DNA of 59,233 nucleotides, filler included, from Sphacelaria rigidula (Eukaryota), in NCBI GenBank assembly GCA_964200075.2. It is 6 parts of 6 records of this genome, joined end to end, with 100 filler letters (N's around TTAATTAATTAA, not from the genome) between each part and the next. Parts side by side here need not be neighbours in the genome. Positions count along the whole stretch, not along the records: positions 49,447 to 59,233 come from CAXNAA020007762.1; 5 more parts are not named here. The stretch is one strand, 5' to 3'. The notes beneath the pieces are model-generated. The model saw nothing but the letters and a program-made list of their open reading frames with translations, was not told where the DNA came from and did no database searches. Positions 51,250 to 59,233 of this stretch are shown piece by piece; within the stretch, counting starts at the first letter, position 1, and each line of letters starts with the position of its first letter. The position numbers and the translations under genes were made by a program.

Positions 51250-51560
51250 GGATACGACCGGATTTGATTTTTATTGCAAACAAAATATTTTCCAATGGTT
51301 TCTGGTGTTAGGTTTCGGTGTTCGACGGGTTCAACCGGATCTGATTTTTTGTTGCAGCAAATACAATATTTTTCAATGGCTTTTGGTGTTGGATTTCGGT
51401 CTTCGACGGGTTCGACCGGATTTGATTTTTTGTTGCAGCAAATAAAATATTTTGCAATGCTTTTTGGTGTTGGATTTCGGTCTTTGACGGGTACGACCGG
51501 ATTTGATATTTTGTTGCAGATATAATATATTTTAATGCTTTTTGGTAATAGACTTCGGGT
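51250..51560 (+). repeat. ~81-bp tandem repeat (~4 units) in copia 3' region
   Basis: Unit GGGTWCGACCGGATTTGATTTTTTGTTGCAGCAAATA...TTTCGGTCTTCGAC starting at ~51250, 51327, 51408 and 51489. Confidence 0.9.
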
Positions 51561-52899
51561 GCCACAAATATTGCCATAGCAAATATCGGAAGCTGAACTG
51601 GTTTTCGACTTTGCGTTTGGTTGATGAATTCTTCCATCTTTTGTTGAATATATCTCTAGCATTTGATTGACATTTTGGTTTTGCAATGATTTGAGTTTTT
51701 GAATTCGAATTCTGTTTCAGTACTGAAAGGCGTGAAGGGATGGATGAAAAGCATGAGTATGTCATGACGTATTGAGGAAAAGAAGTAAAGGAAGGATTTT
51801 CAGTTTGCTGAGTAGATGGCATACCAAATGTCCGTACAAGGGTGGGACGATTTTTTGTGTGCTTGATAATATAGCATTGCATAATGTCTAGTAGGGTTTG
51901 AGAATTGAGTAGAATTGAGCCGTGAGTAGGAGGGCTAATGGAATATGAGAGTATGAGACTTGAGAATTGAGGTAGAGTTGAGCCGTGAGTAGGAGGGCTA
52001 ATCGAATGTACTCACACTCAATGATTGATACATGTAAGCAGACCTGCGAGGGAAATGGATTTTGTGATTTGACCATGACATATGGATGAATGACAAATAA
52101 TGAGATACAGTTCTATTATCACAGGTGTACCCGATTCGTTGGTTGCAGCAAGGATCCGTTGAGAGGCACACGTCAAATCGCGTGGCCAAGGAATTAGGCT
52201 CTGTCGTGTTGTTTTTCTACATGAGTGGATCTTCATGAGTGACCACGCCCCTTTTTGGCAGTGCACTTTTCTGGATTTTACGTTTTGGTCGACAGTATAG
52301 TATACATTAATCAACAAGGGAATCAATTCAACAACAGAGGTCCCACAACCTTTTCGTACACATAGACCCCAGCGCTGAGTAGGAGATTCAGCCCTTAAAA
52401 GTAAGGGACAAGGCTAAATCTCAAGTCCAACATAGTCGTCCCTCGGCTATCCCAGCCCACATTTGGGGAAAATCACCCACATTGAACAAGCAGCGTATTG
52501 GGATGACCTCTTCGCACAGACACTCCAAGCGCAAACGGAGGAAAACGTCGTGACGCCTTCGACCATGCCCAAAACCTGAACGGAGCAAAAAACTCGTGAC
52601 GCGTTCGTGGGGAAGTAGACGTGAAACGGAGAGCACTCACGGATTACCAAAACAAGGAGGCTCGCCTACTTCGTCAATCAGCCAAAAGCCTCAGTGAAGC
52701 GGAACTCCAGTAAACAGAAAATCCCATAAAATCGGGTTCGTCACGACAATGAGCTTCGAAGAGCCTAGCCGTTGAATGACAAAAAGCCCGCAGGAGTACC
52801 GCACGTAAGCGCTGATGTGCAATTTTGGGGAGTAGTAGCGAGTGCGTTGGTGCCTGTACGTGCCGCCCAACCCTGGATCGCTGCGGGCGACGGCGTCAA

Positions 52900-55800
52900 A
52901 CTCCACCATGGTCTGAAGAAAAAGCGGGAACCATAACAACAATTTGTCCATGGAACAGCGATTGATTGTCCACGATGTTCTCACTGTTGTGTCTCGAGCC
53001 CGTGTCCAGCAGAAAAGCTTCGGCGTCAAGCTGCTCGTCAGTGACGTGTCGAGGAGAGAAATAACGTTTCACTATCCCGGAGGAGAGCACATACATAATC
53101 AGGATAGAAAAATGCGATATCATGGGATATTGTGACAACGCGTTCAAGAGAAGGCAATGGTATCTAATATCCGCACGGATTCTACCAGGTTCGAGCATGC
53201 ATGACGCAGCAATGGTCAACACTCGATACAACAACAGCCCTACGGCGGGCGGTAGTATGGGAGGAACTCTTGGCAGGAAATACATCAACCTCGTCACGGG
53301 TTCATGGATCCTTGATTGTTTCGGACGCACTCCAATAGATCACCTGGGGATCCACCCGAGCAACTCCGAGATTTTTTGTTTCCCTCGGAAAGCCTCACGT
53401 GCTGAATCACGACATCACAACGATAGTCGACGCCCCCGATCTTCTACGACTGCTGCGATAAGAAAAAGACGGGAATGCTACACATCAACCCCTAGCCCTC
53501 TCCTCCATTGCATCCAATACCGGCTTGGCAATCCTGTCACCAACGTTTCGCTTTTCGCACGAAGCGACAGCCAGCTCTGCTTGCATCCACTCTACGTCCG
53601 GCACTAACTTTCGCCTCTTGCTCTTACTGCCCATTGTACTCCCTTCACTGTTTCCCACTGTCTTGTAATCTGCTGTGATTTTCCTTTGCCGTACTCGCCG
53701 ATGTTGCAGTCAGAAGCGTTGTTTTGAATCGCGGAGGTGGTCGGCGACCACCAGCGCACCTAAACTTCTGCTCCGCCATCGGCCCCCTCGCGCTTGTCCG
53801 TGGCCTTGCTCACCAAAAGCGGAGCTTTGTCACCGAGAAAAAAAACAAAAAATACCTTGTCGAACGAGGGAACATGCCTTGCAGGATAGCTATCTCCGTC
53901 GCCCCCGCTACCTAGCACTGACTTATCGACACCAACTTTGCCCGGACCATCACCGACAGGCGGCTTCCGCCCCCCCACAGACCCCTCGACTACATCAACA
54001 TCCCTGTCTGCCCCCGCCCTCTCTTCCCGTGATCCTCCAGATGACTGCACGCCGTAACGCTTGGACCAATGACATGGAAGGTTCCACGGTACTGAGCCTT
54101 TCGCGGCGAGAAGTCGGTGGGACGTCGCCATGTCGTCCTTGATGGCGTGCTGTTTGTCGAACTTTGCGTGACATGCGTCGCAGGAGAGGGTGAGGGGAGT
54201 GCATCTGGGGTATTCAGAGCTCGGGTGCGCTCCTGCGGTGGGGGAAATGATATGAGAAATAAGGGTGAAAAAACGGGGAGCCGCCATATGCAGCGAAAAC
54301 AAAACAAATAGCGTAAACAGCGATCAGGATACAGTGTCACCACTTGGGGTGCTTGGGGGTGCAACGCACCGAGGGGGTAGAGGGCGGCTAGTCGACTGTG
54401 GACGGCGTTGTAGCGAGCCAGTATGTTTTTTCGCTGTGCGGCATCCACCTCCTTCAGCTCGAATGGAGGTGCACACTCCAGATCTGGAACACCCATGCGA
54501 AAGAGCGAGTGAGGGGCTCCCTCGTAGATCCCGGTGGCCGTCTTCCCCGTGAAGACTGACTGCAGCATTCATGTGCTTCTTCATGCCGATGGTCACGTGC
54601 TCCGTCCCCGCCGGGCGGATTTCGAATGAACGGGGCTGAGTCACGCAACGAACGGGCAGCACACGGCCACCTTCACCGACGGCTCCTTTGAAGTTGCCCC
54701 AGGGAGCGAAGAGTGGTGGTGAACACCTCCAATGCCGTGTATGCCTTGCGAAAGCTTCTGCCTGCTGCCTTCTCGTGAACAGACAAACTCCCTTGCAGTG
54801 GATGCAAATCCTGGTCAACAATTCCAATGCTTTTGTCGTCGGTTCTTGCTATATACATTCAGATAGTTTCTCACCGCCACCTCGCTGTACGAATAAAACA
54901 TACCCCTGAACATGCCAGTACAAAATCAGGCCGGTTTCTTCGACCCATGCTATGGTATTTAGGAGCGTAAGTATGTGACGGTCGTGGATCATCCTGGATT
55001 CCCTTCCAGTCCACCTACAGCACTTCAAAGCGCATACATCTGAATACCGTGTCGGAGTGGAATATCATTGCCGGAGGCGATATTTCCTCTGCGGTTAGAG
55101 TTTTGCCCACCGCGTCTATGAAGGCAACGCATGACTTATGAGACGCGTGCCAACAACAGCAGGGGTACTCGTGCAATGAAAGATATCGTCTGAAAAAAAC
55201 AGGAGAATATGAACGAAAAAATATACCCAAATATGGCTGAAGTATTGAGTGATGGGTGCGGTCTCACGTCTACAGTATTACGGTAAAGAAGGCGAACGAT
55301 TTCGTTCATTCTTCCCAGTGCGGTGGGGATGGTGTCTTCTTGTCTCCATCGTATTCGCGGATAAATTACGATAGTGTGACGTTGTCACGGGGAGAAACAG
55401 CGGTGTCGCGGATAGATGATGTAACCATCACCAGGTCTTCTGATGGGTGAGTCCGTTCGTGTACTGGTTAAAATCAATGTATTCGTGAGAATCACTAGGG
55501 TTCGTTTAAGGAACGACCATTTTTTCCGTGACACAAAGCTACGTGATTTCTTCCACTCATTACTGTTGCCTGCAAAGATGATCCCGACGCACCTCGAAAA
55601 GACCTGGTCTATCATGATGTGGGTATGTCCCACCATCATGAAATTAATCTCGACGCGGCCGATTGTCCCTCGGGCCACAAGACATCCAAAGAATCCCAGG
55701 ACGACGTGGTTTTTGTTCTCCCCCACAAAGTTGTCGAGTTGCAGATACAGCTCATAGATGTAAGCTGGTGTATCGCCGGTGCAGTGCAAGTCGAATAATC

Positions 55801-58800
55801 GGGTAAGCGCGAGGTGGATTGAAGTGCAAGTAAGATTTCTCCCTGCACAGCGGCGAGCAACGACGGCGTCAGGGTCGCGAATGCCAGGTTTTTCGGGGGT
55901 TGCTGCCTACGAGGAATACCGTAACAACCCCTCTGTTACTCTCGGTCGGGATACCAAAAAGCCACCCGAGCAGATTGCTCGGATGAAAAAACATGATAGC
56001 CAAGTGGCTTAGGTCCTCCGCGGTGCGCGAGTAATCGCGGGCGGTGTCTGGCTCACGAATGCCGTGTGTGTGTGCACATCGCGTGGGAGAAGGAGGGACT
56101 CACCTTCTCCGACTGTCAGGGGAGACAGGAAGAATTCCACGAACTGGCCTTCCACAAGTACTGTCATAACCTTTTTGCGCTCCGCGTATCCCCTGCCAGA
56201 CGTGACGGTCGTAAAGAATCACGAGCAGAAGTCATATGCACCACTGAGGCAACATGATTGGATATTTAGGGAAATAATTACTCACGAACTTGTTATTGCG
56301 TCCCGGCTCATGACAGAAACCCTCGGAGGACGATGAATAAATCCATATGCCTTGACATCTCCCGCGGTCTCGGAAGAGACAAATCTCCGAATACCGTATT
56401 GTTTTAGCAGAAAAATGGCCGTGATAAAATACCTTGGGACATTCATCACATTTCAGACATGATATTTGCACCAAAATACATCATGTTCCGGACAGGATAG
56501 GCCGAATTCTGGTAGGAACGGGAGGAGGGCGCAGAAAAGAATAACAGGGCGCACGTTGAGCACGGCAAAGACATAAGTAAATGGATGAATAAAAGAGATG
56601 AATAGGCATGTGGGCTCAAGGCCCATCAGCCGCACCGCAGCGGCATACATACAATCATGTACGTAGTCCGCACACACACGCACACTTGACAGTACATTTA
56701 CACACATGTACTGTCAGGTTCCAGCACCAAAACCTCCGTACGTCACTATCAACGTGGCAGACAAGAACGCTTACAGTGGCATTAGAAGCGGGGATGTGTG
56801 GTGCTAATGAGGGGGGGTATTAACGTGAGTAGATGCAGACATAAGGTCGTCCACATTATTTTGTTTTCGAGGTATCGACGGGGAGGGTCGCGTATTTGGG
56901 ATAATAAGTGATGATGTCCTCAGTCATCCAATTAGGACGAGCTGTCGCCATCTATTTCTTGCAGTTTGGACTGCTTGATCAGAGTGGTGTTTCGACAAGG
57001 GTAGCACTTTTGAGGCCGACTTCCGTCTGGTTCAGGGGCTCATAAAAATTCTAGATGCACAAGACTATGGTTCTGGGCACCCCCGTTTGCAATTTTATTC
57101 GGGACATCCGTATCACATTAGAAGAGTAATCCTGGCGTAGTCTCACCTTCAAAACTTGTGTTTTGGATGAGATAAAGGGCTCCCAAAAATTATAATCTCA
57201 TACCGGTTTTGTGCACCCCTATCGCAGCATCACTCATCGCATTGTTGGAGGGAGAAACGCATCGCACAGTATGGGGTGGCTGGTACTCAAGGTATGTACG
57301 TTCCTATGGATGAATCGTGGTTTGGCCCGCGGTGTAGGTGCAAGCCGAAAACACTACATATGTCAACAGTACCGCCGATAAATATATGCGGATATGGAAA
57401 ACGCAGAATACTGTGTACTGCCCTTGTGTTTTCCGAGATGAGGGGCAGAGAATGAAGGTGGAAGGAATCCTCCACTTCTAGGGGCCGAAGACAAGCAGGG
57501 GAAACTTTTAGGGGGGGGGGGGGCGTAGAAAAGGACATAATGGTGTAGAAAAAACGTGCAAGACCTAAAGAAATGCAGGAAAACACTATCGTATCGGACT
57601 GAAATACATATTCACGAGCGGTCACGACCTAACTGTCTAACTGTATCGAGTCTCAGATGGTCGCCAGGAACAATCTATCGAATATTCTAGTGATAAATGA
57701 CTGTCGTTCAATTTGGTTAGATGGAGGGACTAACTAGCGCCGAAGCGTCGTGTGTATGGCAAATTCGCCACTGTCCGGCGATTAGATTTGCGCACTGACC
57801 ACGGCCATGGTGAATGGTATCTGCAGAATAAGGGAGAATTTGACGTGATCGTGTTGAAGGCCGGGGTTGGAAAAATCACTCGACTCTAGCCTGATGAAGA
57901 AACCCTGACAACAAAAATGGAAAAGCAGCTATAGGGCCAGTTGAGCATTTCAAAGGCGATCCCGGGGCGCTCAACACGCGGAGGGAAGTGTTCAGGTCCA
58001 TGTGGGATGACAGAGTAAACCAGGGTTGTAGGTGTCGGTTCGTCGTGGTGTGAATGCAGGTGCACGGGTGAGCATTTTTTGTCCCCCCGTCGATCGCCGA
58101 ATGTTTCGGAGACGACGTCAGCGGGGGGAGGGGGGTACATGTTTCGTTGGCCGTGATGTCGCGATAACTGCCCTCTCACCTGTCTGTGCCGTGTGTCAAC
58201 GGCGAGCACATCGGTAACGCGAATACCGTCTGGGCTGCTGCGTCCGCTTGCATGGACACGTACTTGAGTGGTTCCATGTTCGCCTTTGCTCGAATGGCAC
58301 CGGAGCTGATGGTGGCCAATCGCTGTCAGTCTGCCGTCAACACCTGAAGGAGCGACGGGATGTCGACGTGCAGCTTTTTCAGGGGCGGCTGGCAGTACAC
58401 TTGGCTCTGCGGAATTGGCTGAGCTCACTTCCCGATCACGGAACCTCAACAAATACGCGTGCTTAGGCCCGTGAAGGAGTGTCTGCCGCCGTCGGGTCGA
58501 ATGAGGCACACTACTTGCGGGATAGCGTGCTTTCAGAGGAGGATGAAAGGGTGCAGAGCGGGAGTAGGGACACAGCGGCCGAGGCGTCCAAACCCACGCG
58601 CTATTTAGCACAACTGTACGTGTGACAGTGCTCGATGGCAAAAGGTGTTGAGTCCTGAACAAGCCGAGGGTGGCGAAGAGGCATGCAGAAGATACATGAT
58701 GAATAGGAGGTGATGATGACAGATTTGACATCGAAGAAGTGAAAAATCGACCTCGGCGTACCAGAGGCACAGCCCGGTGCAGGAAACTACGCAATTCAGT

Positions 58801-59138
58801 TGTCGTGGGGAGTGCAACGATGTGAGTCCATCTCGCGGTTGAACCAACACAAGTACGAGGCCCGAGTATGCCGTTACCCCCACACCTGCTGTCCCGTTCA
58901 GCGTGTCGTGAAAAAGCGTGCAGCTGTGGCACTTCATAAACGAGCATCCGGAGCGCATCTTGTAGTGTGGGCGATGTTTCCGTAGCGTGAGGTAAAAATA
59001 GGCCATGCTAGCGCCCTCCGCTCCGACACGAGTCGCCTCTGCCACGGAAGTGTCGTACAATTCCTGGCGAGGGTCGCGGTGCATCGAGGCGAATAAGTAA
59101 CACAGGTGGTGTCGTTCGAATCTGCGCTTGCGTGACAT
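52900..59138 (-). pseudogene. Decayed, intron-containing DUF7869 (Sola-like) DNA transposase
   Basis: In order on minus: SMAYFYLTLRKHRPHYKMRSGCSFMKCHSC (~58920-59010); GYAERKKVMTVLVEGQFVEFF (~56100-56190); GRNLTCTSIHLAL...LYLQLDNFVGENKNHVVLGFFGCLV...FMMVGHTHIMIDQVFSR (55593-55906); LHPLQG and PRSFEIR...IGMKKH (54570-54810). GT-AG-bounded blocks with frameshifts. Ends are approximate. Confidence 0.8.
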
Positions 59139-59146
59139 CGATCGGG

Positions 59147-59233
59147 GAGAGAGTCATGCTACGATAGGGCAGTGGGGGGGGGGGGGGCAGGGGGGGGGGA
59201 GGTGTGGGGGCGTTTTTTTTTTTTTAAAACACT
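59147..59233. mobile_element. Left end of a CATGCTACGATAGG-family TIR element, truncated by the window end
   Basis: GAGAGAGTCATGCTACGATAGGG plus G-run, near-identical to the terminus at 1654. Confidence 0.65.

Larger units (their letters stand above)
49447..52333 (+). mobile_element. 3' portion of a Ty1/copia LTR retrotransposon
   Basis: RT-RH, then a 3' non-coding region with tandem repeats, purine tract GAGTAGGAGGG and a candidate 3' LTR 51999..~52333 ending TTCAACA. Confidence 0.8.

Noticed and set aside
53122..53607. BRCT-like LVTGSWILDC on the + strand
   Set aside because: Isolated short motif, antisense to the transposase tail; the rest of the domain is not evident.
57886..58947. 353-aa minus ORF
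   Set aside because: No motifs, composition typical of a chance GC-rich frame, and out of frame with the transposase motif.

Overview
Repeat-rich eukaryotic DNA, most likely a brown alga or related stramenopile (inferred from short-exon/long-intron genes, ~50% GC and Ectocarpus-type retroelement and repeat motifs as I recall them). The window is not one locus. It is six unlinked contigs (9790, 9790, 9789, 9789, 9788, 9787 bp, size-sorted) joined by an artificial 44N-TTAATTAATTAA-44N spacer. Host genes, reconstructed by hand with phase-consistent splice sites: a 4-exon CSRNP-N-like gene (minus, 3' end missing); a >=6-exon STAND/AAA_16-type P-loop NTPase with a DEP domain inside the NTPase region (minus); and a short Pex14_N-like 2-exon ORF. 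Mobile DNA: two decayed Ty1/copia elements, the 5' half of a Ty3/gypsy element with a very long gag region, decayed intron-containing DUF7869 (Sola-like) transposases, hAT-like and Tc1/mariner-like non-autonomous elements, and two nests of PIF/Harbinger-like MITEs that repeatedly insert at one trinucleotide inside their own TIR. No CRISPR array, rRNA or intact tRNA was seen. All family assignments come from reading motifs by eye, not from database searches.
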